The translations under genes were made by a program, and so were the position numbers. A stretch of 64,000 bases of DNA from the IMG/VR virus record IMGVR_UViG_3300014208_000023, positions 320,001 through 384,000 of that record; one strand, 5' to 3'. This DNA is from a virus. Its lineage: Duplodnaviria > Caudoviricetes. Shown piece by piece: positions 28,765 through 38,845 of the stretch. The notes beneath the pieces are model-generated. The model saw only the letters and a program-made list of their open reading frames with translations. It ran no database searches and was not told where the DNA came from. Each line of letters begins with the position of its first letter. Position 1 is the first letter of the stretch.

Positions 28765-29580
28765 TCAACCCTGGCGGGAGGCCTCTTGCTCTTCTTCGGC
28801 AGCTTTCTTGTCTTCAGCTTCCTGCTCAGCAATCATATATTTGAATGCTGGGGCTGACCAAATTAGCTCATCTTGAACCGATCTGCTTCCAAGCCAGGAA
28901 GTAGGAATTCTTTCCGACCTAATCTTTGGCTCTTTGCCATTAAGATCAATATCTACATAGAAGCTAGATGCGTTTGCTTCAGAGCAGATTCCCCTGAAAA
29001 GCTTTCCATCAACGAAGTGGAGCGCGGCGTCGTCCGAGATGGCGTAACCAGGCTTTATGCGCTTCTCAAGGATAGCGGTTTTATAGGCGGCTCTGCGCTC
29101 GTCTGAACGATAGTGCGGACAATTGCTGTATGGTAGGAATCCTAGTGCCGGCATTGGGGCCAGCTTACCAGCAAAGCTATCAGTAATGCATTCGTCAAAC
29201 CAGCAAACTGACCCGGCGCTTCCGCCGGCCATGATCGTGCCGTTATCATAAGCCTCCATTAGATATTCATGGACGCCCCACTCTTTCCAAACGCCCATCA
29301 TAGATTTTGACTGACCACCAGCAACTAGAATAATGTCCTGATTAAGGATAAACTCCCTAATGTTTTTCTCTTTGTTGCGGAACAATGGAAGATAATCCAG
29401 CTCGCAATGATGGCGGCGCATTATTCCATAGAATGTCCTTATTAGGTCTTCGTTATCTCCGCTTGCCGTTGGAAGAAGGCATACTTTTGGCTTCTCACTG
29501 CTAGACTGTGCCAGCATATAATAGTGAAATGGAATATCAGTTACCGCATCACCGCCAGCCGCAATTATTTGTTTAGTCAT
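28765..29580 (-). CDS. pepE: peptidase E (S51 family)
   Basis: LLPTASGD, VAGG, GGSAG nucleophile elbow, NCPHY catalytic His. Confidence 0.88.
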   Translation of the reverse strand: MTKQIIAAGGDAVTDIPFHYYMLAQSSSEKPKVCLLPTASGDNEDLIRTFYGIMRRHHCELDYLPLFRNKEKNIREFILNQDIILVAGGQSKSMMGVWKEWGVHEYLMEAYDNGTIMAGGSAGSVCWFDECITDSFAGKLAPMPALGFLPYSNCPHYRSDERRAAYKTAILEKRIKPGYAISDDAALHFVDGKLFRGICSEANASSFYVDIDLNGKEPKIRSERIPTSWLGSRSVQDELIWSAPAFKYMIAEQEAEDKKAAEEEQEASRQG

Positions 29581-29593
29581 TTTTATGATTACT

Positions 29594-29989
29594 TTATAGT
29601 AGGTGATTGAAATTGAATGAAAGATTTTGATGTTCAGCCAGCATTTTAAGATGTTTTGGCCAGTTAGCTGGCATAGAACGATCGTGAATTATCTGAAGTT
29701 CTTCTAGGAGCTTCAGGTGATCGCCATATTTCTTGTAAAGAGATTTGGTATTAGAAATAACATATCTTGCAGCTTTTGATTCAAAAAATGGATGATATTC
29801 TTCATCGGATATAAGACATCCTACCGCACATTTTAAATTGTCGCGGCCCCTATATGAACATATTTCATCGTCTGAATCGTTCGTGCTCGCCGGGCCTAAT
29901 GACTGTTTGTTTTGTGTAAGCAAGTGGTTACATACAAAATCAAAAACTTCTTGAGCAGAAGAAAAATCTAAATCTTTTAAAGTTATCAT
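29594..29989 (-). CDS. conserved phage hypothetical protein
   Basis: QEVFDFVxxHLLTQ...CxYR...KCAVGCLI...LQxxHD pattern. Confidence 0.65.
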   Translation of the reverse strand: MITLKDLDFSSAQEVFDFVCNHLLTQNKQSLGPASTNDSDDEICSYRGRDNLKCAVGCLISDEEYHPFFESKAARYVISNTKSLYKKYGDHLKLLEELQIIHDRSMPANWPKHLKMLAEHQNLSFNFNHLL

Positions 29990-29998
29990 TGCTTCTTT

Positions 29999-31435
29999 CT
30001 AACATTTACTTACCAAGTATAATTCATCCTTGGCACGAGTCACTGCCACATATTCTGCGTTTAGCTCTTCTTTGTTTTGGCCAAACGTCAGGGTGTATGC
30101 AAGGAAGAATACACGTTTTGCTTCTAAACCCTTAGCGCCATGAATAGTGTAAAGAGATACTATATTGTCAGTGGTCTTATTCTCAAAGAGAGACTTTATT
30201 GTATCAGTCAATTCATCTACCGTCTGAAGGCCTTCAGCCAAAACATTTAAGCACTCAATCTTATCTGCAAGTGTGCGTGTGCTTCTGTTTTTCGCCTTTA
30301 GTCTGGCGGCCTCTTGCGTTCCCCAAGCATCCAGCCAAACCAAAAATGACTTAATAGTTTTCTTTTTAGACTGCTTTATTACGCCATTCAGTATTGGGCC
30401 GAGATCCTTGCCTTTTAGGATGGCCGGAATCTTTTTCCGCCATAAACTAAAGCATATACTAATCAGTGGAGCATTGGTTCTAGATACTACGAAGTCTCCT
30501 GGCTGAATCATATCAGGCAGTTTGCTTTCTGTAATCTGAATTATCTTACCATCTTTGGCGTTCGGAGCATACTTGATATCCGGCACCATCTTCTGGGCTC
30601 TGAATACTATGTTCTTTCCGCAACGGTAGGAGATAGGAAGGTAAAGAATCTTAGCTTTTAGCCGTTCTTGAAGATTACTAATGGCATCAAGGTCGGCACC
30701 CCTAAACTTATAGAGAACCTGAAAATTATCTCCGAATGATATAATTCTACCATCCTTCTTGCAAGCGGTAAGTCCAAGATAAATCTGTGCTGGATTTAAG
30801 TCCTGCACCTCGTCAATCAAAACGCGGTCATACTTTTCTACCGGAAGATTAAGAACGAAAGGAAAATAGATCATATCATCATAATCTATAGTGTCTTTCT
30901 TTTTCTTACATTCTCCAAGAGCAATAATGACTGTTTGAATAAAATCTTCACGAGAAAGAGAGCCTTGGCTAATATCGAACTCATCCATAAGTTCATCGAT
31001 TTTGGCTGGCGTATCTATTATAAGACCTTTGCAAAGAGAGACGCATTTCTTCATCTCGAAGATTGTCTCGTAATCATCTTTGTCTTTAGGGCTGGCTTTA
31101 AGAGGCTCAAGTAATTTCTTGATTATCTTAAATGCCTTCTCAGTGTCAAGTTTTACCTTGCCGAGTGACTGCCTAATCAGTCTATATCCAAACGAATGGA
31201 GCGTGCAAATCTCTAGATTTGCATAGCTAGGTGCTCTCTCTTGTAGCTCTACTGCAATCTTTTTATTAAAAGCTACTACAAGTATTTTTTTATCTGGAGA
31301 AATATACTTTAGGGCTTCTAGTAGGGTGGATGTTTTACCACTGCCAGCTCTAGCTTCCACGATAGTATGCCCAAGACCTTCGCGAACGTCTTTGAAAATT
31401 GCTTTTTGATATTCTGAATAAACTAGATGGGACAA
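29999..31435 (-). CDS. UvrD/Rep-like superfamily 1 helicase
   Basis: ARAGSGKT, AFNK, TLHS, IDEVQD, GDNFQ, SYRC, TIHGAKGLE, YVAVTRAK. Confidence 0.93.
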   Translation of the reverse strand: MSHLVYSEYQKAIFKDVREGLGHTIVEARAGSGKTSTLLEALKYISPDKKILVVAFNKKIAVELQERAPSYANLEICTLHSFGYRLIRQSLGKVKLDTEKAFKIIKKLLEPLKASPKDKDDYETIFEMKKCVSLCKGLIIDTPAKIDELMDEFDISQGSLSREDFIQTVIIALGECKKKKDTIDYDDMIYFPFVLNLPVEKYDRVLIDEVQDLNPAQIYLGLTACKKDGRIISFGDNFQVLYKFRGADLDAISNLQERLKAKILYLPISYRCGKNIVFRAQKMVPDIKYAPNAKDGKIIQITESKLPDMIQPGDFVVSRTNAPLISICFSLWRKKIPAILKGKDLGPILNGVIKQSKKKTIKSFLVWLDAWGTQEAARLKAKNRSTRTLADKIECLNVLAEGLQTVDELTDTIKSLFENKTTDNIVSLYTIHGAKGLEAKRVFFLAYTLTFGQNKEELNAEYVAVTRAKDELYLVSKC

Positions 31436-31510
31436 ACTTTCCTTATTGAAAGCATAATAAAAGGCATACTAAAGTCTTTGCTTGAATATGCCTTTTAATT
31501 AGGCCGAATT

Positions 31511-31579
31511 TCAGCGATGAGAACGAATTACTTTGTAGATAACAACCGCTGCTACAACTGCAATAACTAGATTAATCAT
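31511..31579 (-). CDS. 22-aa single-TM peptide
   Basis: MINLVIAVVAAVVIYKVIRSHR* preceded by AAAGGAAA RBS. Confidence 0.55.
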   Translation of the reverse strand: MINLVIAVVAAVVIYKVIRSHR

Positions 31580-31599
31580 TGGATTTCCTTTCTTTAGGT

Positions 31600-31720
31600 T
31601 GGAGATTTCAGGCGGGCTTGGTGGTGCCAAACACTCGATCAAATGCCTGGCCAACAAGGCGATTAGTCACCTTGCTAACGTAAAGGCTAACGGCGAACTG
31701 TGTGGCGAACTTTGCAATAT
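31600..31720 (-). promoter_or_regulatory. structured 5' leader of the 22-aa peptide gene
   Basis: Minus-strand hairpin CAAGGUGA-CUAA-UCGCCUUG (31655-31674) and CAGGC/GCCUG-closed multibranch (31609-31649). Confidence 0.35.
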
Positions 31721-31722
31721 AC

Positions 31723-31986
31723 TTAAATGACGACATATTCTTTTTCCTCTCTTAATGTATTATAGTCTTCATGCCAATCGCCTCGGAGAATTGCTGTTTT
31801 TGCCAGCTTTAATTCAGAGACTAGGGTGGAGTTTTCTAATACTTGGTTTATTCTTCTATCTAGAAGACTAGTTATTGCTAAAGCAGCGACTTCAGCAATA
31901 TCAACTTCACAATGAGCGCAGATTGGTTTGGAACACTTATTTCTTCTGGAGAAGAAATTGCTGATGCCCTTAATTGACCGGAACAT
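31723..31986 (-). CDS. hypothetical protein
   Basis: 87-aa ORF with CxxxxCxxC. Confidence 0.5.
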   Translation of the reverse strand: MFRSIKGISNFFSRRNKCSKPICAHCEVDIAEVAALAITSLLDRRINQVLENSTLVSELKLAKTAILRGDWHEDYNTLREEKEYVVI

Positions 31987-32113
31987 AATGCGTTATGGCA
32001 TAAATGCTTAGCGCAATTACAAACACAAATAGAGTTAGTGGAACCCAGGCCTTTTTCAAATATTCTATCATTTGCTTATCCTTCTATATTAGACTTTCAA
32101 TTTCTACCGACAA

Positions 32114-32629
32114 CTACCATATCCTATTGCCGTATTCGTCGTGATATGTTTCTTCCGGCGATTTCTTTATAACATAATCAGAGGTAACGAGCATTTTCAT
32201 CTTGGTTTTACCATCAAGCACTTTTACCTGATCAAGATAATAGCGACTATCTGTCCTGCTTCTAGCTTTAATGTAATAAATGCCTAGACCAAAAAACAAC
32301 AATTGCTCGGCCTCTTCTACATTCTCTCTCGTCCAAGAATTGGATAGCCTAGAGCCCTTCAAAAAGGCTCTAAAAGCATTCATTTCTTGAGAAGAAATGC
32401 CATATTTCTTGGCAAAATCATTATAACAACCAGCTATGTTTTGCTCGCCAGCCATCATTACTGATATGGGATCTATCATATAGACGCCTGGAATGGCCTT
32501 GCTATGATCGTATTTTGTGCCAGAAAGCATAAATGCTTCATACGAAATTCTTATGTTGAGCTTCTTCATCTTGAAGACCGTGCATAGATAGCGCTGGAAG
32601 AAATTGCTCAACATAATATCACCTACCAA
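32114..32629 (-). CDS. hypothetical protein
   Basis: 171-aa ORF. Confidence 0.6.
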   Translation of the reverse strand: MVGDIMLSNFFQRYLCTVFKMKKLNIRISYEAFMLSGTKYDHSKAIPGVYMIDPISVMMAGEQNIAGCYNDFAKKYGISSQEMNAFRAFLKGSRLSNSWTRENVEEAEQLLFFGLGIYYIKARSRTDSRYYLDQVKVLDGKTKMKMLVTSDYVIKKSPEETYHDEYGNRIW

Positions 32630-33605
32630 AAAGGTAGTAGTCTTTTACGATTTCATGGACGTAGTGCATCGTATCGCGCGCTTCGTTGATTTCGATATAC
32701 TCGTTTGCTCCGGCGCCGAATGAATCGTGATAACCACAAGTCATATTTACGGCGTTTTTGCACATGTTTCTTGACTTAATCGCATACACGTCTGTGTGCA
32801 TGCCCGTGACTGGCGCCCTCATCTTACCCATCTTATAGGCAATATCAATCAATCGAGTGCCAACTTCGTAGGTGCAGAGAATCTCATTGTTAATCTTGGT
32901 AACAAGCTCGTTGCTTTTGTTACCTCTATCAACTTGAACTAGGATCTCAAACTCCTTAAGCTCTGGAATATCACAAGCCCTAGCTGACTTGAGACCAATT
33001 TCCTCGTCAGTTGGGAAATAAAGCCCCATGTCAAACCCAGTGTTTAGAGCGATCCACGTATTGATCGCAACACCAAGGCGGTCGTCTCCTCCAACCTGGA
33101 TTTTACATAGACGATCCTGGATAATGCGACGCTGTTTGCCGTTATGCATTACCGTCTTTACGACGGGATCGACTCGGTAAGGCTTGTCCTCTTTGATGAT
33201 CTCGTCCTTGATAAGCTGGTATTCTTCTTTTGAAACCTTCTTACCATCCCCAAGCCATTTCTGAAACTCCTCATAACCTTCGTTAGAAGGTCGCGAAGAC
33301 GTTTTTTCGGAATGCTCTCTGCACACGTCAGTATGAGCAACCAAACAAACGTCTGGGTTCTCGCCACGAATGGCTACAAGATTATGAATGTTGTCATAAC
33401 GTTTATCTTTATTCGCGCGTTCTGTTTTATAATTATCTTCGATAAATCTAAAGCCAGCACGGCCGAGCGTTTTCTTTAGCCACTTACGAAGCTCGTATTC
33501 CGGCGCTCGGCAACAATGAAGGATATGCTTCTCGAAGTTGCCATCAGGCTTGACGACATTAACTAGTTTCGCTATTTCTTCAGAAGACATTGATGTGATT
33601 GACAT
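32619..33605 (-). CDS. M28/M42-like co-catalytic zinc peptidase
   Basis: VAHTD, GGDDRLG, TDEEIG, QVDR, HTD, GYH metal-ligand motifs. Confidence 0.8.
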   Translation of the reverse strand: MSITSMSSEEIAKLVNVVKPDGNFEKHILHCCRAPEYELRKWLKKTLGRAGFRFIEDNYKTERANKDKRYDNIHNLVAIRGENPDVCLVAHTDVCREHSEKTSSRPSNEGYEEFQKWLGDGKKVSKEEYQLIKDEIIKEDKPYRVDPVVKTVMHNGKQRRIIQDRLCKIQVGGDDRLGVAINTWIALNTGFDMGLYFPTDEEIGLKSARACDIPELKEFEILVQVDRGNKSNELVTKINNEILCTYEVGTRLIDIAYKMGKMRAPVTGMHTDVYAIKSRNMCKNAVNMTCGYHDSFGAGANEYIEINEARDTMHYVHEIVKDYYLFGR

Positions 33606-33641
33606 AAACTATTTACCTTTCAAGAGTAATTCAGCAGAACT

Positions 33642-33929
33642 TTATTGGTCGCCCACTTTTGAGGAGTGGTATGTGAGTGAGCTTATTGCGAGACTAATAG
33701 TAGCTCCGCCAAAACCCCATAGGACGTGATCGATGATATTGTATTTTCCACTAAATGTTAGTAGATAAATTCCCAGCGCTACCCAAAATCCGAGGCAGAA
33801 GTAGCACTCTAGTAATTTGATAAAAATCGGGTGAATTCCTATCAACTTAATTCTAAGCCAATTCGTAAGATCACTTTCTTTTAGAAAGAAAGTTATTCCG
33901 AATGTAGCTATGAGATATACAAATATCAT
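33642..33929 (-). CDS. DUF1360-like membrane protein
   Basis: LLECYFCLGFWVA flanked by TM segments. Confidence 0.7.
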   Translation of the reverse strand: MIFVYLIATFGITFFLKESDLTNWLRIKLIGIHPIFIKLLECYFCLGFWVALGIYLLTFSGKYNIIDHVLWGFGGATISLAISSLTYHSSKVGDQ

Positions 33930-33957
33930 TATTTGCTATTTTCTTTGGACTAGTAAA

Positions 33958-34170
33958 TCAACGCCATCGATACCATATTATTTGGTATCTTAAAACGGGG
34001 GTTGTCTTTAGCAAAAGACAATCACCATTCATAACTGAACCGAAAGCGCTAACATCACCGATAAGAAATTGCTTTTTCTTATCATTAAGAAGAACCTCGA
34101 TTAATGTGCCTGGATTGTTTTTTTCTTGATTGCAAAAATCTGCAAAAGAACCGCTGAATTCCATCCACAT
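33958..34170 (-). CDS. small hypothetical protein
   Basis: 70-aa ORF abutting the 34171 gene. Confidence 0.55.
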   Translation of the reverse strand: MWMEFSGSFADFCNQEKNNPGTLIEVLLNDKKKQFLIGDVSAFGSVMNGDCLLLKTTPVLRYQIIWYRWR

Positions 34171-35727
34171 TTACGCGCCTTTACAAGCTATTAAAAGCTC
34201 TTTCTTAAGATCAGTGATTAGTGTCTCGTGAAATCTCTTTGAGGCGGCCGGGAATGCTTTCATCCACGAACCGGATTGTAGATTTTTCCAAGACTTTTCC
34301 TTGATCTCTTCTAGATTATTAACTAGATTTTTCAAAATCCAGATATCACAATCTTTGTTTGTTTCAAAAGGCTGATCCGTATTTCCTATTGCTTTGAAAA
34401 TCTCAAGCAAGAAAAACGAGGTAGGCTTATTTGTGGTTGAGTGTGGTCTATCACAATGAGCGAAGAAGTTCAAGGTGTTTTGAAAGGCATACTGCCCTTT
34501 CTTGAGGTCGTTAAAGGCTGGAGCTATCTCCGGCTTTTTACCTTCACTCAACTCTTTGAGATTTTTAGTGTATGCCGCTCTTTTATCAGATATAACCTTC
34601 TCTAGTTTTGAGAGGAAAAATCCTCTACGCTCAAGAAGCTTTTTGTTTTCTTTGCTAAATAGAATCGGATTCCTTCTTTTTTCGATATGCAGAGGGCTAT
34701 CCATGTAGGAAAACTCTCCCTCTCTCAAAAAGGATCTTGAAACTTCATCCAATAGATAATAGTCTCTCGTAACCATGTTTTTCTCTTCGGCAAAACTGGC
34801 AGAATAAACTACCAATCCGCTACGATCGTTCAGCGTTTTGCGAATTGCGGACATGATATCTGCATTATATGCAGGATACATGGTGTCCATATAAAGCGCC
34901 GGGGTGCCTGTGGCCCTATTAACTACCAGTCTAACCATCGACCGGAATATCATTTGCTTTCCGTATGGATGAAAGTCCTGTGTTCCAGATACGAACACAA
35001 CGCCTACATATTTAGAGGAGATAGAGCCGATTAGCCCTCTAGATTGAGCCGCCGTCCATGCCTGACAAGAAATGATTCCTCTCATTGAAGCAGTGGCAAT
35101 GTCCCAAGCGCCCTCTTCGCCAGATGAAGAGAAAGTTAGCTTGTATGCTTTGTTTGGAATATTTAGCTTACTAAACTCTTTGTAATAGTAATCGTTCTCA
35201 TAATTAACTTTAAGTGAGTTGTCTGGCTTAATTTCTGCTAGAACTAAATTAATCTTATTGAGAACTTTAAGAAAAGCCTCTCCCTTTTTAAAGACTGGAG
35301 ATGACGATGCCCCGCTGAAAATATCAGTAGGGATCGACATAACAACCTTATTCTCAACAACGGAGCATAATTCTTTACCTGACAAAGAATAGGTCAGCAT
35401 CGATATGATGTTGATTGCTGACTGAATGGCATTACATTTTTCGTTTCTTTCTTTGCCCGAGTCCAGCATTTCTTTCGCTAGCAAAGTTTTTAACGAAAAC
35501 ACCATCTCATTAAGAATGGAGAGCATTAAGTATACTAGCTGTCTAGCTATGCTTTTGGCTGACTCGGCCGAATATACCGTAATGTCTTCGGTGAAATTAG
35601 GTAGCCCTATGTGTGGGAATACTTTGTCTATTCTCGATAGGTTTTTGAAAACCCTATGTTCTTTGATCCAAGCCGGGAATGGCTTGGTGCTGTTGATAAT
35701 ATAGTTTATTCCTGGCATTTTAATCAC
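34171..35727 (-). CDS. SMRG-xxSC family protein (tandem copy 4 of 4)
   Basis: GAWDIATASMRGIISCQAW...LIGS...MIFRSMVR...MDTMY. Confidence 0.85.
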   Translation of the reverse strand: MIKMPGINYIINSTKPFPAWIKEHRVFKNLSRIDKVFPHIGLPNFTEDITVYSAESAKSIARQLVYLMLSILNEMVFSLKTLLAKEMLDSGKERNEKCNAIQSAINIISMLTYSLSGKELCSVVENKVVMSIPTDIFSGASSSPVFKKGEAFLKVLNKINLVLAEIKPDNSLKVNYENDYYYKEFSKLNIPNKAYKLTFSSSGEEGAWDIATASMRGIISCQAWTAAQSRGLIGSISSKYVGVVFVSGTQDFHPYGKQMIFRSMVRLVVNRATGTPALYMDTMYPAYNADIMSAIRKTLNDRSGLVVYSASFAEEKNMVTRDYYLLDEVSRSFLREGEFSYMDSPLHIEKRRNPILFSKENKKLLERRGFFLSKLEKVISDKRAAYTKNLKELSEGKKPEIAPAFNDLKKGQYAFQNTLNFFAHCDRPHSTTNKPTSFFLLEIFKAIGNTDQPFETNKDCDIWILKNLVNNLEEIKEKSWKNLQSGSWMKAFPAASKRFHETLITDLKKELLIACKGA

Positions 35728-37301
35728 CGATTAAGAATCGAGTAAGAGAGCTCTTTTTTGACGAACTCAACTATCATATCCGATAGGCTCTTGGAGAACG
35801 TGTCGATGCTGTAGTCTCTTGAGCAATGAAGCTTAAGTGCGGCATCGACGCGCGCCTTGCTGTAGAAGATCATATTTTTGCGCTGCAAGAAGCAGGCTTT
35901 TAGGTATTCCTTATTGTAAGAACGAACGCCATAGTGCTCGGTAGTTTTGGGAGCATTAAATCCTGCGAAGATTGCGGCAACTAGAGCGTCCGCAACTACA
36001 CTGAATGGCGCGGAAAGAGTGAAGTTATTCACCATCTTCTTTAGGTCCGAATCCGGCGGAGTAGCAGTATTGTTATACTGAATATCTTCAAACTTGGAAG
36101 AAAGAAAAAGAGAGAAATTGCTCTGAACTCTCTGGGCGTATTTTTCAAGCTCGGTCTGATTGTGAGTCAGTAGGTGCGCATCAAGCTCACACTTGGTGCG
36201 TAGCGCGGTATCCTGATACGATTTTTCACGAGCAGTGATCTTTGTCGTGATCTTTTCATTCGGGATATAGATGTGCCTAGTCTTATTCTGAAGACGAGGG
36301 CCGTAATAAACTGGAAGCTTGCTCTTTTCCGCAAGCGTATCCATGAACGTCTTTACGATCTCATCGTCCTCTGCTGGATACATTTTATCCATAACAAGAC
36401 AAGGAGTATTGGCGTCCTTATCGAAGGCATATCGAACAATGCTTCTACGCATCATCTTCGTGCCTAGACTTCCATGATTCTCAACCGGATCAGCGGCCAC
36501 ACCTGAAGTGAGGTAGATGATTCCAACGAACTTGGAAACAACCGAACCAATAAGACACTTAGGATACTCACCTTCCCAACGCTGGCATGATCGCGTGCCG
36601 CGCATTGACATGGTGATAAGGTCCCAGGCGCCTTCTTCTCCGTCAGAAGAAAAGACGATCTGATATTTCTTATTGGGAATATTTTCCTTGCTAAAAATCT
36701 TGTAGGATTCAATAGCGTCTAGGGCTATGATGGTGTTTTCTGGAACGCCATGCTCAATGCACTTATCTCGAAGCTGCTTATAGAGCCTAAAGATCGGAAT
36801 GCCGGCCTTGTATAGCACCTTGCCGTCTCCACCAATGATATTAGCGTGTAGTCGAAGATCGATCTTTCCGCCGTTTGAGCTTACAACACCATTAGTTGGG
36901 TGGAATGCCGAGGCCGCTCTTGGATCGCAAGTTTCAGCTAGAAATGAAAGCGACTGAACGATCTGCGCAACTTCATTTAGCTTCGCCTTCTTGGCGAGTC
37001 TCTCTTCTAGAGGAGCTAGGAACTGTGTCTTTTGAGACGAAAGGCCAATCTGCTCTTTAGCCCTATTACATTCAGAGCTAACGTCATGCAGAAGGTTCCA
37101 AACGTAACTGCCTTCTTTTTTTACATCAACCATGCATTTTGCAATGTTGGTTTCCTGCTTAAAGTTAGGCATTCCTATCGAGGAGAAAACTTTCGTTATT
37201 CTCGTAGGGGCGGTAAAAAGAGGATGCGCCTTAAGGAATGGCGGCAGAACTTTCCCTTTGAAGATATCCGTCGTGTTGAATACTGTTTTCTTGTCAACCA
37301 T
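35724..37301 (-). CDS. SMRG-xxSC family protein (tandem copy 3 of 4)
   Basis: GAWDLITMSMRGTRSCQRW...LIGS...MMRRSIVR...MDKMY. Confidence 0.85.
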   Translation of the reverse strand: MVDKKTVFNTTDIFKGKVLPPFLKAHPLFTAPTRITKVFSSIGMPNFKQETNIAKCMVDVKKEGSYVWNLLHDVSSECNRAKEQIGLSSQKTQFLAPLEERLAKKAKLNEVAQIVQSLSFLAETCDPRAASAFHPTNGVVSSNGGKIDLRLHANIIGGDGKVLYKAGIPIFRLYKQLRDKCIEHGVPENTIIALDAIESYKIFSKENIPNKKYQIVFSSDGEEGAWDLITMSMRGTRSCQRWEGEYPKCLIGSVVSKFVGIIYLTSGVAADPVENHGSLGTKMMRRSIVRYAFDKDANTPCLVMDKMYPAEDDEIVKTFMDTLAEKSKLPVYYGPRLQNKTRHIYIPNEKITTKITAREKSYQDTALRTKCELDAHLLTHNQTELEKYAQRVQSNFSLFLSSKFEDIQYNNTATPPDSDLKKMVNNFTLSAPFSVVADALVAAIFAGFNAPKTTEHYGVRSYNKEYLKACFLQRKNMIFYSKARVDAALKLHCSRDYSIDTFSKSLSDMIVEFVKKELSYSILNR

Positions 37302-37333
37302 TATCGTTCTCCCAAACTCTCTATGTATGTAAG

Positions 37334-38845
37334 TTAATCACTCGTGCGGGCATTGTCAAGGCGCCTAGCGGCGAAAAGTGCCTTGAGCTCTGCCTTGAGG
37401 GCGGCGTCCGCCCGCTTCATAACCTGTTCCATAATAAGGACAAAATCTCTCTTTGTAAGAGAGGATGTCTTTCTTAAGGCCAGCGCCCCATTCCACTGCG
37501 TTACCTGGCTAGAAATTGATTCTAATAGATAGTTCCTTTTGTGAAAGTAGTTTAGATACAATTTTATTGAGGCTGATAATTTATCAAAATCTCTCTCTTG
37601 AGAAATATCAATATTGCTTATAAGCAAATTACTGAATGTTCTAATTGAATTTTTGATCTGATCTTTGAAAATGAAATTCTTATTCTTGAGGGCAATAAGA
37701 GCATTGATTTTGTCTGAGGAAAATCTACTTAATTCAATTCCGGAAGTAGATGATTCCCTAATCAGAGTAGTAATGAATCTAGCCTTAATTAAAGAGATTT
37801 CTCTTTTTATAGAATCATCATCTAGTTTGGAAGGCTTATCTTTAATCGGATTATTTTGATAAGAGCAAATAGATTCTTCCTCTGGAAGAGGAGTCTGAAA
37901 TATCTCTTTTTCAGAATAGAAATTGAAAGAGTCTTTGATTTTACTTCTTGGTAGAAAATATCGCCCATTAATAATATCCTGTTCTTCATCAGAAGCCAGA
38001 ATCACTTTAAGTCCTGATTTTTCAGTCAGAAACTTTGCGAATAGATCAAAAATTTCAGGAAAGAACTCCGGATAAATATGATCTAGAATAAGAACTGGTT
38101 GTTTTTTTCTTATTGTTTTAGAATTATCTACCGCAAATCGCACTGTTGATCTATAAAGCATCTTTGAGCCATATTCAGTTGGCTTGCCTTTGCTTTCCAG
38201 AAACACTATACCAACATAGGGATCTAGCATAGATCCGATCAGGGATCGCCTATACTCTCCGTTCCAACTTTGGCACGTAGTAATTCCTCGCATGGACATT
38301 GTTGCGATGTCCCAAGGGTCCGTAGAAAAAGAAATTTGGGACGATGATAGAGGGATATTAAGTCGGCTAAAATCCTTGAAAGAATCAAAGGCGAAAAAAT
38401 TAGATACCCCTATCTTTTGCTCGATTGTTTTCTCTAGAAGAGAAAAAAGCGAAGATCCTTTTCTGAAAACTAGATTTCCTGAAGAGTCAGGAATATCTTC
38501 AGATAGGATCGCTGAAATTTTATTGTCTCTTTTTATTTCGATATAATCGGAATAAGAAAATCTATTAAAAAATTCAATTAGAGCCTCAATAACCGAGTTT
38601 GATTCGGTCATTGCTGTCAATTTTCCCTTCAAAAGGACTGATATAATTTCGCTTTCAAAACAAACATCCTTAATAAAACACTCAAGATATTGTTCGCCAA
38701 GTAATGTTATTAGTGGTGCAGAGGAATTATTAAGACCTTTCTTGGGAAAAATCTTATCATAAATAGAAACATCCTTGAAAATAGGGTGTTCAATTATCCA
38801 TTCCGGATACTTCTTATTTTCAAGGATGTTTGAAACGTTATACAT
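37334..38845 (-). CDS. SMRG-xxSC family protein (tandem copy 2 of 4)
   Basis: DPWDIATMSMRGITTCQSW...LIGS...MLYRSTVR...LDHIY. Confidence 0.85.
   Translation of the reverse strand: MYNVSNILENKKYPEWIIEHPIFKDVSIYDKIFPKKGLNNSSAPLITLLGEQYLECFIKDVCFESEIISVLLKGKLTAMTESNSVIEALIEFFNRFSYSDYIEIKRDNKISAILSEDIPDSSGNLVFRKGSSLFSLLEKTIEQKIGVSNFFAFDSFKDFSRLNIPLSSSQISFSTDPWDIATMSMRGITTCQSWNGEYRRSLIGSMLDPYVGIVFLESKGKPTEYGSKMLYRSTVRFAVDNSKTIRKKQPVLILDHIYPEFFPEIFDLFAKFLTEKSGLKVILASDEEQDIINGRYFLPRSKIKDSFNFYSEKEIFQTPLPEEESICSYQNNPIKDKPSKLDDDSIKREISLIKARFITTLIRESSTSGIELSRFSSDKINALIALKNKNFIFKDQIKNSIRTFSNLLISNIDISQERDFDKLSASIKLYLNYFHKRNYLLESISSQVTQWNGALALRKTSSLTKRDFVLIMEQVMKRADAALKAELKALFAARRLDNARTSD

Noticed and set aside
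28644-28832. 62-aa ORF overlapping the pepE 3' end
   Set aside because: It overlaps pepE by 68 nt and has no RBS or recognisable motif.
31600-31720. Known riboswitch (ZTP, glycine, c-di-AMP) upstream of the 22-aa peptide
   Set aside because: Consensus ligand-binding nucleotides could not be matched by eye; kept only as an unassigned structured leader.
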